Positions 18,433-28,654 of a stretch of DNA of 64,000 nucleotides are shown piece after piece; position 1 is the first letter of the stretch, and each line of letters opens with the position of its first letter. The notes under the pieces were generated by a model. The model made no database searches, had not been told where the DNA came from, and saw nothing but the letters and a program-made list of their open reading frames with translations. The position numbers and the translations under genes are program-made. Where the stretch lies: NCBI GenBank assembly GCA_040753615.1, contig JBFMDO010000025.1, positions 18,891 through 82,890 on the forward strand. Direction: 5' to 3'. The DNA comes from Nitrospirota bacterium. GTDB lineage: Bacteria; Nitrospirota; Thermodesulfovibrionia; Thermodesulfovibrionales; SM23-35.

Positions 18433-21195
18433 TCAGGTATGTAATTTTGGCAATTCGATAGTTAATTCTTTTAATTTTTTAATATCAAATGGCAATGGTT
18501 TCGAGAACAAATATCCCTGTCCGTATTTACACTTTAATAATTTAAGTTGTATAAGTTGATCAGGTGTCTCTATGCCTTCGGCTACTGTATCCATACCAAA
18601 GCCTTCAGCCAGCATTATAATTGTTCTGACTACTTCAATCCTTTTATCATCAGATGTTAAGTCAGCAATAAAAGAACGATCAATCTTTAATTCATCTATG
18701 GGGAAGCGTTGAAAATAATTTAATGATGAATAGCCTGTGCCAAAATCATCGAGGCATATTTTGACACCTAATTCCTTTAGTTTAGAGAGTTTACTGCCGA
18801 CAAATTCAGGGTGGTTCATAATCATACTTTCAGTAATCTCCAGTGCCATGAAGTTTGGTTGAAGTCCTGTTTCACTTAATATCTTTGAGACCATTTCAAC
18901 AAAGTTTTGGTGTGTGAACTGGCGCGGAGAAATATTTACAGAGACACGAATAGATTGAATCCCCACATCATGCAGTGCCTTTATATTATAGCAAGCAGTA
19001 CGTAATACCCATTTGCCAATAGGGATGATCATGCCTGTTTCTTCTGTTACAGGGATAAACTTGCCTGGCGGAATAATACCATGTTCAGGGTGTTTCCATC
19101 GCAAAAGGGCCTCTATGCCAACAACCTCATGGGTCTCAAGAGATAAAATTGGCTGGTAGTAAACTAAAAACTCCCGTCGCTCAATCGCAAGATGCAGATC
19201 ATTCTCCAACTGCAAACGGTTTGCTACCTTAATATACATAGATGGGTCAAATATTACATAACGAGCCTTGCCGAACAGCTTTGCACGATACATAGCAATA
19301 TCAGCATCACGAAGAAGTTCTTCTGGCATTTTATATCTATTTGAACTTGGTGCGATTCCTATACTCGAAGTAATACGGGTTTCGTAACCTTCCAGATTAA
19401 AACTTGCTCTCAAGCTCTCCTGAATACGTTTAGCAACAATCTTCGTATCATCAATATTTTTTATGCCTTCAAGAAGGATTGCAAACTCATCTCCTCCGAG
19501 CCGAGCTATTGTATCCTCTGGCCTCAGGCATATCTCCAGCCTTTTTGCTACCTCTATCAGCAGGCTATCACCAACTAAGTGTCCGAGGCTGTCATTGATT
19601 ACCTTGAAATTATCAATATCGAGGAAGAGTACTGCAAATAAATAATCCTGAGAACGAATCGAGCGTTTTAGTGTATGCCCTAAACGGTCCATAAAAAGTG
19701 TCCTGTTCGGCAGGTTTGTCAATGAATCGTAAAAGGCATTGTGAATTAACTGTTCTTCCATTTTTTTTCTTTCAGTAATATCTGTCTGTGAACCAGCCAT
19801 GCGGTAAGCATTGCCTTTTTCGTCTTTTATTGCTATGCCACGGCATAATATCCAGCGGTATCTTTCATCTCGGTGCAGCATACGGTATTCACTTTCAAAA
19901 TGAAAAGTTTTCCCAGCGAGATGCAACTCTATATCTGACCTCACACGTTCAACATCATCAGGGTGTATAAGATTTAGCCATTGTTGAAGACTATCTGCAA
20001 TCTCTTTTTCATCATAGCCGAGCATTGACTTCCATCGAGGAGAAAAATAAACTTTATTATTTTTGATATCCCAGTCCCACAACCCATCATTTGCACCGCG
20101 GGTAGCAAGTGCATATCGTTCTTCGCTTTTTTTCAATTCTTCTGTTCTTTCCTTTACCCGTTCATCGAGTTTTTCAAGGAGTTTTTGTAATTTTTCCTCT
20201 GCCTGCTCACGCTCTTTTATTTCCTGTTCAAGGTCTATTTTTTGTTTAAAAAAGCTCTCTACTAATAAGGCTAACTGACCGAACTCGTTCTTATGCTTTT
20301 GAATAGCTGTTAATAGTGCAGGATTATTTTCATTTAAACTTCTCGACACCATGCTTAATGGCAAACTGACCCATCGGGTAAATAAAGCAAAGGTAGTAGC
20401 CAGAATAGTCAGCCCGAAAATAATATAAAGGACATAAAGGCGATTTGATGAGTAAATAAACTGTTTGACTAAAATAGATTCTTTTAAGGCTGTAATATTT
20501 GCTACTGGTTTTTCATCCCAGCCTTTAAGTATCTTTGAAAGTTCAATAATGCCGGATTTTTGATTCGGACTGCTCTCGAACGCCCTTTTTTTAAAGAGAG
20601 ACAAATTTATTGAATTATTTGTTAATCGGGAGATATCAGCAATATACTCTTCATTCCACAGGCGGCCGGCTATAAAACATCCCTGTGGTAGCGTTTTCCT
20701 GTCATGGTCAGCAGTCGGGTGAATCGTTGCCCCGCGTATTTCTATCAGACCACAGGGAGAATCAAGAAAAAAATGACAAAATCTATTTTTTTCAAATAGT
20801 TTGCTATAGTCTACCTTCGAAGATATTTCCTTGAGTCCATTACATTCTACATCAGAGGTGAAATAAAGAGGAGAATAATCTTTTTTGTAAATCCAGACCA
20901 TATTGGCTTTGTAAGTAGACATAGCAGTCTCAATATTTTCAGATGCCCATTTTTTAGTAGGTTTTTTGACAAAGTTTACCATTTCATCCCAGAAGGTATA
21001 ATCATAGGCAAACATCTCTAATGACGAGCCTTTTAGCTCTAATATTCTGTCAACGAGAAGTTTTTGATCCTGCTCCTGAGATTGTTGAAAAAGGTCTATC
21101 TTGGTTTTTTCAGAAATGTTTAGAAATATAAGACCGACCATGAAAATTATTATTACAAGGCATAGCAGAAAAATAATCTTTGTCTGTATTTTCAT
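18433..21195 (-). CDS. membrane sensor with PAS-GGDEF-EAL output (c-di-GMP turnover)
   Basis: Two TM segments bracketing a ~230-aa extracytoplasmic domain, a coiled coil and a PAS domain. GGDEF site RLGGDEFAILL; EAL motifs EALLRW and ALEITES. Confidence 0.9.
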   Translation of the reverse strand: MKIQTKIIFLLCLVIIIFMVGLIFLNISEKTKIDLFQQSQEQDQKLLVDRILELKGSSLEMFAYDYTFWDEMVNFVKKPTKKWASENIETAMSTYKANMVWIYKKDYSPLYFTSDVECNGLKEISSKVDYSKLFEKNRFCHFFLDSPCGLIEIRGATIHPTADHDRKTLPQGCFIAGRLWNEEYIADISRLTNNSINLSLFKKRAFESSPNQKSGIIELSKILKGWDEKPVANITALKESILVKQFIYSSNRLYVLYIIFGLTILATTFALFTRWVSLPLSMVSRSLNENNPALLTAIQKHKNEFGQLALLVESFFKQKIDLEQEIKEREQAEEKLQKLLEKLDERVKERTEELKKSEERYALATRGANDGLWDWDIKNNKVYFSPRWKSMLGYDEKEIADSLQQWLNLIHPDDVERVRSDIELHLAGKTFHFESEYRMLHRDERYRWILCRGIAIKDEKGNAYRMAGSQTDITERKKMEEQLIHNAFYDSLTNLPNRTLFMDRLGHTLKRSIRSQDYLFAVLFLDIDNFKVINDSLGHLVGDSLLIEVAKRLEICLRPEDTIARLGGDEFAILLEGIKNIDDTKIVAKRIQESLRASFNLEGYETRITSSIGIAPSSNRYKMPEELLRDADIAMYRAKLFGKARYVIFDPSMYIKVANRLQLENDLHLAIERREFLVYYQPILSLETHEVVGIEALLRWKHPEHGIIPPGKFIPVTEETGMIIPIGKWVLRTACYNIKALHDVGIQSIRVSVNISPRQFTHQNFVEMVSKILSETGLQPNFMALEITESMIMNHPEFVGSKLSKLKELGVKICLDDFGTGYSSLNYFQRFPIDELKIDRSFIADLTSDDKRIEVVRTIIMLAEGFGMDTVAEGIETPDQLIQLKLLKCKYGQGYLFSKPLPFDIKKLKELTIELPKLHT

Positions 21196-21272
21196 ATTTT
21201 TCTATTTGTAAGAAATGATACCATAAATACTATTGAAATTTTAAAATCAAACCTGTGTTAAACTGTAATTAA

Positions 21273-22898
21273 ATGGATAGGGTCATAAAAGGCTATCTGT
21301 GCATAGTATTACACGCCCATTTGCCGTATATCAGACATCCTGAATACGATTATTTTCTTGAAGAAAACTGGCTCTATGAGGCAATAACTGAAACATACAT
21401 ACCGCTTCTCGATATATTCGAAAGACTTATGAATGGTGGTATTGATTTCAGAATAACCTTATCCCTCAGTCCTACCCTTATCGAGATGTTTAATGACGAT
21501 CTTCTTATGGAGAGATATAAGAGACATATCGAACAACTGATAGAACTGACAGAAAAAGAGATTTGCAGGACAAAAGGGGATATTAATTTTGAGCCTGTTG
21601 TCAGGATGTACAACAAGAGATTTCTGAGGATTAAACATTTATTTGAAGAAGTCTATAAAAAGGATATTGTATGTGCCTTTAAAAAATTACAGGATACAGG
21701 CAAGGTAGAGCTTATAACGTGTGCTGCAACTCACGCCTTTCTCCCTAATCTCTCCATGTATCCTGAGGCTGTAAGGGCGCAAATAAAGATTGGAGCAGAG
21801 GTCTATCGAAAAAGTTTTGGCAGATATCCAGAAGGCATGTGGCTTCCGGAATGTGGTTTTACAACAGGGTTTGATAGTTATTTGAAGGAATCAGGCATAA
21901 GGTTTTTTTTCATCGAGACACATGGCGCAATTTATGGAACACCATTGCCGCGATTCAGTGTTTATACTCCTATATTGTGTCCCTCAAGTGTTGTTGCGTT
22001 TGGCAGGGATATGGAATCCTCAAAACAGGTATGGTCTTCTGTTGAGGGATATCCAGGCGATTTTGACTACAGAGATTTTTATAGGGATATAGGATTTGAT
22101 CTCGATTTTAATTATATAAAACCCTATATCCATCCCGATGGCATCAGGGTATTTACAGGGCTTAAATATTACAGAATAACAGGAAAAACGGATAATAAAA
22201 AACCATATGTTATCCAGAATGCAAGGAAAAAGGCTCAAGAACATGCCAGCGATTTCATCTCTAAAAAACAAGAACAGATAAATTTTCTGTCTAAGATACT
22301 GGAGGGACGGCATGCACATATCAAGCCGATAATTACTGCAACCTATGATACAGAACTTTTTGGGCATTGGTGGTTTGAAGGACCTGAATGGCTTTATTTT
22401 CTTTTTAAAAAGATATATTCTGAACGCAGAAATTTTAAACCTATAACGCCTTCAGAATATCTAAATTTGAATATAAATCATCCTGAAACCCTGCAAACCT
22501 GTCAGCCTTCAATGTCAAGCTGGGGGTATAAAGGATATAATGAGGTATGGTTGAATGGCTCTAATGATTATATTTACCGCCATCTTCTAAAGGCAACAGA
22601 GCGTATGATATATCTCGCTAATAGATTCCCGTGTGCAAAAGGATTGCTCCAAAGGGCGATCAACCAGGCTGCGAGAGAAGTCCTGTTGTCACAGCAGAGT
22701 GACTGGGCATTTATGATGAAAAACGGCAGTACTACAGGATATGCAAAAAAGAGATTTGAAGAACATATAACCAGCTTCAACAAACTTTATTATTCAATTC
22801 TTTCAGGCGACATATCAGAGAAGTGGGTGAGGCATCTTGAAGATAGGAACAGGATTTTTCAGGCTATTGATTATAGAGCATATAAAACAGGCTGTTGA
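21273..22898 (+). CDS. glycoside hydrolase family 57 protein, 1,4-alpha-glucan branching-enzyme type
   Basis: N-terminal LHAHLPYIRHPE, WLPECGF and TYDTELFGHWWFEGPEWL blocks typical of GH57 branching enzymes. Confidence 0.8.
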   Translation: MDRVIKGYLCIVLHAHLPYIRHPEYDYFLEENWLYEAITETYIPLLDIFERLMNGGIDFRITLSLSPTLIEMFNDDLLMERYKRHIEQLIELTEKEICRTKGDINFEPVVRMYNKRFLRIKHLFEEVYKKDIVCAFKKLQDTGKVELITCAATHAFLPNLSMYPEAVRAQIKIGAEVYRKSFGRYPEGMWLPECGFTTGFDSYLKESGIRFFFIETHGAIYGTPLPRFSVYTPILCPSSVVAFGRDMESSKQVWSSVEGYPGDFDYRDFYRDIGFDLDFNYIKPYIHPDGIRVFTGLKYYRITGKTDNKKPYVIQNARKKAQEHASDFISKKQEQINFLSKILEGRHAHIKPIITATYDTELFGHWWFEGPEWLYFLFKKIYSERRNFKPITPSEYLNLNINHPETLQTCQPSMSSWGYKGYNEVWLNGSNDYIYRHLLKATERMIYLANRFPCAKGLLQRAINQAAREVLLSQQSDWAFMMKNGSTTGYAKKRFEEHITSFNKLYYSILSGDISEKWVRHLEDRNRIFQAIDYRAYKTGC

Positions 22899-23017
22899 AA
22901 AAGTCTTAACATGAGCAATTTGTCATGCTGAATTTATTTCAGCATCTCGTAAAAATAATAACTTAGGAGACCCTGAAACAAGTTCAGGGTGACAGAAACA
23001 GACTTTTTCAACAGCCT
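22889..23017. mobile_element. MITE-like element: family A core (22921-22994) inside a perfect 18-bp inverted repeat
   Basis: AGGCTGTTGAAAAAGTCT (22889-22906) is the exact reverse complement of 23000-23017. The core TGTCATGCTGAA..TTCAGCATCT...ACCCTGAAACAAGTTCAGGGTGACA recurs at 57470-57543. The left arm contains the GH57 stop codon. Confidence 0.7.
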
Positions 23018-23029
23018 GAAAAGCATTGA

Positions 23030-23056
23030 CCCCCACACTTTTTGAAAGTGTGGGGG
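23030..23056. terminator. hairpin between the convergent GH57 and LysR genes
   Basis: CCCCCACACTT-tttga-AAGTGTGGGGG, an 11-bp perfect stem. The T-run is weak and only on the minus-strand side. Confidence 0.45.
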
Positions 23057-23080
23057 TTGATCGGTAAAAAGTTGCACACA

Positions 23081-23989
23081 CTACGATAATAATTTGTCAA
23101 ATGAATACGACTTCAGGAATGCAAGGAATTCATCGAGGGGATTTGGTGAAACCAAGTTTTTATTAAGCACAAGTGAAAAATCCCTTACTATCTTTTCCTC
23201 TTTTAGATTGAGCAGTTTAAGTATCCCATATTTGCTTTCTTTTCTTGCAGCCCAGCATGAAATTATTGAGATGCCTAATCCATTCTCAACAGCGCTTTTA
23301 ATAGCCTCTGTGCTTCCAAGCACAAGCGATATCTTTAGATCCTGTGGTGTAATTCCATGACGGCCGAGAAATTTTTCTATAGCCTGGCGTGTTCCGGAGC
23401 CGCTTTCTCTGAAAATAATTGATTCTTTTGGAAGGTCGGTTACAGAAATTTCTTTTTTCTTTGCCCATGGATGATTTGGCGATACAATTACTAAAAGTTC
23501 ATCCGAGACCAGTTTTTTAACAGTCATCTTCTGTCTTACAATATCTCCCTCTACAATGCCAACATCAATGCTGCCTGAATTAAGAAGTTCTACAACCCTT
23601 TTTGTATTGCCAACAAGAAGGTGCAATTTTATTTTTGGGTGTGTTTTATTGAAATCTGTTATAACACTCGGTAGAAGATAGTTGCCAATATTTGAACCTG
23701 CACCTATTGTTATACTTCCTTTGACAAGACCTGTTATTTTGCCTATGACTTTTTCTGCAGATGCATAAAGCGTAAGTATTTCTTTTGCATATTTATATAA
23801 AACCTCACCCGCAGGAGTAAGGGTAACCGTGCTTGATGATCTGTCAAATAATTTTGTTTCATAAATCTCTTCGAGTGCCTGAATCTGGAGGCTTACAGCA
23901 GGCTGTGTGAGGTGGATAATTTCGGATGTCCTTGAAAAACTCTTTGTCTCAGCAACAGTGCAAAAAACCCTTAATTTATGATCTTCCAT
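23081..23989 (-). CDS. LysR-family transcriptional regulator
   Basis: N-terminal HTH LRVFCTVAETKSFSRTSEIIHLTQPAVSLQIQALE plus a substrate-binding domain. ATG at 23989 has an AAGGGGAG RBS and is preferred over the TTG at 24004. Confidence 0.85.
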   Translation of the reverse strand: MEDHKLRVFCTVAETKSFSRTSEIIHLTQPAVSLQIQALEEIYETKLFDRSSSTVTLTPAGEVLYKYAKEILTLYASAEKVIGKITGLVKGSITIGAGSNIGNYLLPSVITDFNKTHPKIKLHLLVGNTKRVVELLNSGSIDVGIVEGDIVRQKMTVKKLVSDELLVIVSPNHPWAKKKEISVTDLPKESIIFRESGSGTRQAIEKFLGRHGITPQDLKISLVLGSTEAIKSAVENGLGISIISCWAARKESKYGILKLLNLKEEKIVRDFSLVLNKNLVSPNPLDEFLAFLKSYSFDKLLS

Positions 23990-24032
23990 TTCTCCCCTTC
24001 CCAAAAAATAGGTTTCTATCCTTACTATATTC

Positions 24033-24445
24033 AGAGCAGGAAGTAAGCCGAGTTCTGTTTATGGAGCATATTCTGTTAGTGCTCCATTTATGTGATCATT
24101 CATCTATGGTCAGGTGTTGCTACCTGACTCTTGCGGTCTATACCCGTTCCGCCTTCCCGATGTTTAAATCGGGAATTCAAAGGGGCACTTTTCGAAGCGG
24201 AACCTATTCGACCTTGCTCAAGGCGGGGTTTTCCAAGCTTGAGATATCGCTATCTCAACTGGTGAGCTCTTACCTCACCTTTTCACCCTTATCCCGACAA
24301 AAGTCGGGACGGTTTCCCTTTCTGTGGCACTTTCCTTGGGGTTACCCCCAGTCGCTGTTAGCGACCGCCTTGCCCTTTTGAGCCCGGACTTTCCTCCCCC
24401 CATCTGCTTTATATTAAGCAGGGGGGCGACCACTCATCCTGCTCT
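24033..24445 (-). ncRNA. rnpB: RNase P RNA, bacterial type A
   Basis: Minus strand reads AGAGCAGGATGAGTGGTCGCC..GAGGAAAGTCCGGGCTC..GGGTAACCCC..GAGGTAAGAGCTCACC..ACAGAACTCGGCTTACTTCCTGCTCT, with P1 pairing of the ends. No credible CDS here. Confidence 0.9.
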
Positions 24446-24510
24446 AAATAATAAACTTTTTTTATCATTATATAATAAATATTAAATTTTTGGAAGAGGT
24501 TATTCAGCGC

Positions 24511-25218
24511 TTATGTGTTTTTATAGTAAAGTATTCTACGGCATTGAGGACAGTGAATAATTTCATCATTCTTTTTTATTTCTACGAAAAGCTGAGGGGG
24601 TATATTCATGTTGCAACCCATACAGATTTCTCTTTTTGCTTCTATTACAGCTAATGCTTTACATGATTCGAATAAATTTATGTAATGTTCGTATACGTCT
24701 TTATCAATAGCATCTACTATTTTCAACCTCGCTTCCTTCAGGGATAAAAATTCTTTCTCTGCATTCTGTTTTTCCATCTCGAGTTTCTTTTTAACTGTAT
24801 CAACCTTTTCCTTTTCAGATAAAAATCTTATTTCCTCCGATTTTATCTCTCTTGAAATATTTTCAATCTCTTCCATAATAGTAAGTATCTCGTCTTCTAC
24901 AGCATACCGCTCTTTCTCCGCTGATTCGATTTCTTTCAGGAGTGCCTGATATTCCTTATTTGTTTTTATCTCGGAAGCGCGGGCTTTTAATTTTTTTATC
25001 TTCTCATTTATATCATCTATTTCTTTTTCTTTATCCCGCTTCTTTTTTTCATCGGAACTCTGTCGCTGTTTTATTTTGTCGAGTGCACCAAGGGAATCTT
25101 TAAGCGGCGATTCTGCCTCTGATATCTTTGAAGGGATTTCATCTATAAGGCATTTTTTATCAAGGATTTTTGAATCAATCTGTTGGATTTCTATTAAGAG
25201 TTCGAGTTGTTTATTCAC
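24511..25218 (-). CDS. coiled-coil protein with C-terminal C4 zinc ribbon (COG1579/DUF164 type)
   Basis: Long heptad-rich region, then CMGCNMNIPPQ...HCPQCRRILY. Confidence 0.7.
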   Translation of the reverse strand: MNKQLELLIEIQQIDSKILDKKCLIDEIPSKISEAESPLKDSLGALDKIKQRQSSDEKKKRDKEKEIDDINEKIKKLKARASEIKTNKEYQALLKEIESAEKERYAVEDEILTIMEEIENISREIKSEEIRFLSEKEKVDTVKKKLEMEKQNAEKEFLSLKEARLKIVDAIDKDVYEHYINLFESCKALAVIEAKREICMGCNMNIPPQLFVEIKKNDEIIHCPQCRRILYYKNT

Positions 25219-25266
25219 CTTTTTCTCTAAATTTTTTTAATTTATTTTGCCACAGGCAAAATTGGC

Positions 25267-25342
25267 TGGTGGGCCCACCAGGACTCGAACCTGGGACCAA
25301 CCGGTTATGAGCCGGTAGCTCTACCAACTGAGCTATGGGCCC
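25267..25342 (-). tRNA. tRNA with CAT anticodon (elongator Met, or Ile2 if lysidine-modified)
   Basis: GGGCCCATAGCTCAGTTGGTAGAGCTACCGGCTCATAACCGGTTGGTCCCAGGTTCGAGTCCTGGTGGGCCCACCA folds as a cloverleaf. G1-C72 pairing and the lack of a GGG/CCC anticodon stem argue against an initiator. Confidence 0.9.
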
Positions 25343-25415
25343 CCTTTTATTTAATCCGAATTATAAAAGGCTGTTACTCTAAGTCTTTAAATATAAACTT
25401 GTTGCCGATTTAAGG

Positions 25416-26969
25416 TCAAGGCTTTTCGATAAATTCTCTGAGCCATTTGCTTCTGGAAGGGTGCTTTAGTTTCCTTATTGCCTTCCCTTCTATCTGCCTT
25501 ATCCTTTCACGTGTAACCTCAAATTCAACGCCAACTTCCTCCAGTGTACGAGGAACATCTCCGCCAATGCCAAATCTTCTTCTTATAATTTTCGCTTCTT
25601 TAGGGCTTAACGAAGAGATGATTTTCTCTATATTTCTTTTCATGTCATCCTGTATTGCTAAATCGAGTGGAGACAAGATCGCCTTATCTTCTATAAAATC
25701 TCTTAGATGCGCGTCTTCTTCTTCGCCTATAGGTGTTTCAAGAGAGACGGGTTCTTTTGATATCTTTAATATGGCGCTGACTTTTTCAATCGGCATTTCT
25801 AATCTGTCAGCAACTTCAGCAGGCGTGGGTTCTCTCCCTATTTCCTGTACAAGTTCTCTCGTTACCTTTATTATTTTATTAATGGTTTCAACCATATGTA
25901 CAGGTATTCTTATAGTTCTTGACTGGTCTGCAATCGCCCTTGTTATTGCCTGCCTGATCCACCATGTTGCATACGTGCTGAACTTATACCCGCGCCTGTA
26001 TTCAAACTTGTCAACAGCCCTCATGAGGCCGCTGTTTCCTTCCTGGATTAAATCCGAAAAATTCAGCCCCCTGCCTAAATACCGTTTGGCAATACTAACA
26101 ACAAGCCTCAAGTTTGCCTCTACCAGAGCTTTTTTTGCTATAGATACAACCTTTTCACTACGCATAAGTACTTTAAGGGCTTGTTTCATTTCAGGATATT
26201 TTATGCCAAACAATATCTCTTTTTGCCTGATTTTCTTTTTACACAATCGCTGTTCTTTTTTTATTTCAGATGTTAAACGCCCTTTTTTTGTTATATTCAA
26301 AAGTTTTCTATGGGTGCCGTCAATTTCTGCCACTGACCGTTTTAGTTCTTCCGAGAATGCCATTATAATAACTTCTTTTAGTTTGAGTTCGTTCACTTTT
26401 TCGAGTATCTTGTTCCTGTTATTCTCGAGTGCCGTTATTAAGGTTTTATATCTTTTTGAGTTTTTCCTTGATTTAATCAGAGATGTATTTAGGTTTTTAA
26501 GAAATGCAATCCTTCTTTTCTTCAAATAATCTATCTTTTTTATGGTATCAAAAAAGTTTTTTCTCTCTAAGATTAAATCATCTTCTGATGCATCTTCGCT
26601 ATTCTGAATTACATCTTCTATAGGGACCTCTCCATTCTTGACCATCTTACCCAGTGTTATAAGTTTTTTTAGCACAAAGGGCATAGAAAATATTACTCCG
26701 TAAATTTTCTCTTTTCCCTCTTCTATTTTCTTAGCGATTTCAACCTCTCCTTCTTTCGTAAGCAAAGGGACACTGCTCATTTCTTTAAGATAAATGCGGA
26801 TAGGCTCTCTTTCGTCGTCCAGCAGGGAGGGCGCCTTTTCTTTTTTTTCTTCTTCTTCTTCCTCTTCCTCTTCCTCCTCCTCTTTGAGTAATTCGTCAGT
26901 TATAGTCGCGTCATATATATCTTCTTTTTTTTCATCATATTCATTAAAATAATCAAAATAAAATTTCAT
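25416..26969 (-). CDS. rpoD: primary sigma factor RpoD
   Basis: Acidic N-region; region 2 ([37 protein letters not shown]); region 4 ([20 protein letters not shown]). Confidence 0.95.
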   Translation of the reverse strand: MKFYFDYFNEYDEKKEDIYDATITDELLKEEEEEEEEEEEEKKEKAPSLLDDEREPIRIYLKEMSSVPLLTKEGEVEIAKKIEEGKEKIYGVIFSMPFVLKKLITLGKMVKNGEVPIEDVIQNSEDASEDDLILERKNFFDTIKKIDYLKKRRIAFLKNLNTSLIKSRKNSKRYKTLITALENNRNKILEKVNELKLKEVIIMAFSEELKRSVAEIDGTHRKLLNITKKGRLTSEIKKEQRLCKKKIRQKEILFGIKYPEMKQALKVLMRSEKVVSIAKKALVEANLRLVVSIAKRYLGRGLNFSDLIQEGNSGLMRAVDKFEYRRGYKFSTYATWWIRQAITRAIADQSRTIRIPVHMVETINKIIKVTRELVQEIGREPTPAEVADRLEMPIEKVSAILKISKEPVSLETPIGEEEDAHLRDFIEDKAILSPLDLAIQDDMKRNIEKIISSLSPKEAKIIRRRFGIGGDVPRTLEEVGVEFEVTRERIRQIEGKAIRKLKHPSRSKWLREFIEKP

Positions 26970-28654
26970 ATATGTTCCTTTTTAATAAGTCTGCGTTTCT
27001 CCTTAAGCAATAAATTATGAAGCGTTGCATCAGCAGGGTTCTGCATCATCATCAGTCTTGTCCTCTCCTCAAATCTTCTCTGCTCCAGTCTACGCAGACA
27101 GTCAGATAGATTTTTGTCAACCTCTTCTAAATCAAACCCCGGCTTTAAAGAAAGCTCTCTGATAAGGGATTTTTCTTCATCAGTGGTTTCATTAAGAAGG
27201 GCGGTTATGGCTAATTTTTTCCCATGTGCCTTGATTTTTTCGAATAAAGATTTTATAGCGGGTTCCACAAGGTCTTCAATATTAAGCCGTGAAAGTAATC
27301 CCTCTGCTTTTTCAGGAAATGAAATTATAGCGCTTAGTAGAAGATATTCTTCGAAATTTGCAGCTTTTTTTGGAGGAAGAAATCCTTCAAAACTATTAAG
27401 CTTCACCTTTTTCTTCAACTTTTTAAGTTCACTTCTGAGGACAGATTCGCTGATGCCTGATCTTTCAGTAAGTTCAACCAACATTTCATCAGCAATGAGC
27501 ATATCCTTTATGCTTGCGATTATACTGAGTGCGTCTCTAACATTATCTATTTTATCTTTCTTTGATGTCTTCATAAGAAATTCTATTGCTGATATTGCGT
27601 TCGAGAGCATCTTTTTAAAGGTTTGATGTCCATTATTCCGCAAAAAACTGTCAGGATCTTCGCCTTGCGGGAGCAATAGAATCTTTGCCCTGAAATCACT
27701 TTCGCAAAGTATGGACAGTGACCTTCTCGCAGCCGAGATGCCTGCATCATCGCCATCAAAAACGAGGATTATTTTCTTGGTCAGGAGTTTAAGACGCTGC
27801 AATTGTTTTGCTGTTAGGGCTGTGCCCAATGGTGCTACTGTATTTTTAAAACCATGCTGATGGCACATTATTGTATCAAGATAGCCTTCAACAATGATTG
27901 CATAATCCATTTTTCTTATATAATCCTTTGCAAGGTTAATTCCAAACAGGGTTTCGCCTTTTTTGAATATATCTGTCTCGGGAGAATTAATATATTTTGG
28001 CAGTGAACTATCCATAACCCTTGCACCAAAGCCAATTACATCATTCTGGATGTTGAATATCGGGAAAATAATACGCCCCCTGAATGTGTCTCTGTAACCT
28101 CTTTCATCAGAGATGGAAAGCCCCCCATCTTTCAGTGAAGAGTCATTAAGACCTTTCTTTTTTAGATGTTTATAAAGTGCATCCCGTTCGTTAGGGGCAT
28201 AACCTATGCAGAAATTATCAATAGAAATTTTATCAACCCCCCTTTTTTTAAGGTATCCCTGTGCTAACTCCGAAGATTTAAGGTTCGTTAAAAAAAACTT
28301 CAGTGCTTCATTCTGGATATTGAGCATTTGCTCGCGTTTCTCAGCGACTTTCTTATTAAAATGCGGTTCACTTATTTTTATGCCGGCCTTTTCTGCAAGA
28401 TACCTCATGGCTTCGCTGAAGGAAAAATTTTCCTGTTTCATCAAAAAACTGACCACATCGCCGCCCGCGCCGCAACCAAAACAGTGGAATATCTGCTTAG
28501 AAGGGCTTACCATAAACGAGGGAGTCTTTTCAGAATGAAAAGGGCATAGGGCTTTGTAATTCTGACCGGATTTTTTTAACTGGACATAATCGGATATAAA
28601 ATCAACGATATTTATTTTAGATTTTATTTCTTCGAGTATTCTGTCAGTGTTCAT
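26966..28654 (-). CDS. dnaG: DNA primase DnaG
   Basis: Zinc finger [29 protein letters not shown] and TOPRIM motifs (IVEGYLD, DGDDAG). 4-nt overlap with rpoD. Confidence 0.95.
   Translation of the reverse strand: MNTDRILEEIKSKINIVDFISDYVQLKKSGQNYKALCPFHSEKTPSFMVSPSKQIFHCFGCGAGGDVVSFLMKQENFSFSEAMRYLAEKAGIKISEPHFNKKVAEKREQMLNIQNEALKFFLTNLKSSELAQGYLKKRGVDKISIDNFCIGYAPNERDALYKHLKKKGLNDSSLKDGGLSISDERGYRDTFRGRIIFPIFNIQNDVIGFGARVMDSSLPKYINSPETDIFKKGETLFGINLAKDYIRKMDYAIIVEGYLDTIMCHQHGFKNTVAPLGTALTAKQLQRLKLLTKKIILVFDGDDAGISAARRSLSILCESDFRAKILLLPQGEDPDSFLRNNGHQTFKKMLSNAISAIEFLMKTSKKDKIDNVRDALSIIASIKDMLIADEMLVELTERSGISESVLRSELKKLKKKVKLNSFEGFLPPKKAANFEEYLLLSAIISFPEKAEGLLSRLNIEDLVEPAIKSLFEKIKAHGKKLAITALLNETTDEEKSLIRELSLKPGFDLEEVDKNLSDCLRRLEQRRFEERTRLMMMQNPADATLHNLLLKEKRRLIKKEHI

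Noticed and set aside
23926-24381. 151-aa ORF on the + strand
   Set aside because: It lies over the RNase P RNA gene on the minus strand and has no protein-like features.
25447-26529. 360-aa ORF on the + strand
   Set aside because: It is antisense to rpoD, and its translation is Ser/Leu/Phe/Ile-rich low complexity. The opposite strand encodes a complete sigma70 with all conserved regions, so this is a shadow ORF.
26830-26885. GAA/GAG-rich tandem repeat
   Set aside because: It encodes the poly-Glu acidic tract near the RpoD N-terminus. This is a common low-complexity feature of primary sigma factors, not an independent element.
27114-28549. ORFs 27114-27626, 28206-28538 and 28328-28549 on the + strand
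   Set aside because: Antisense to dnaG, with low-complexity translations.
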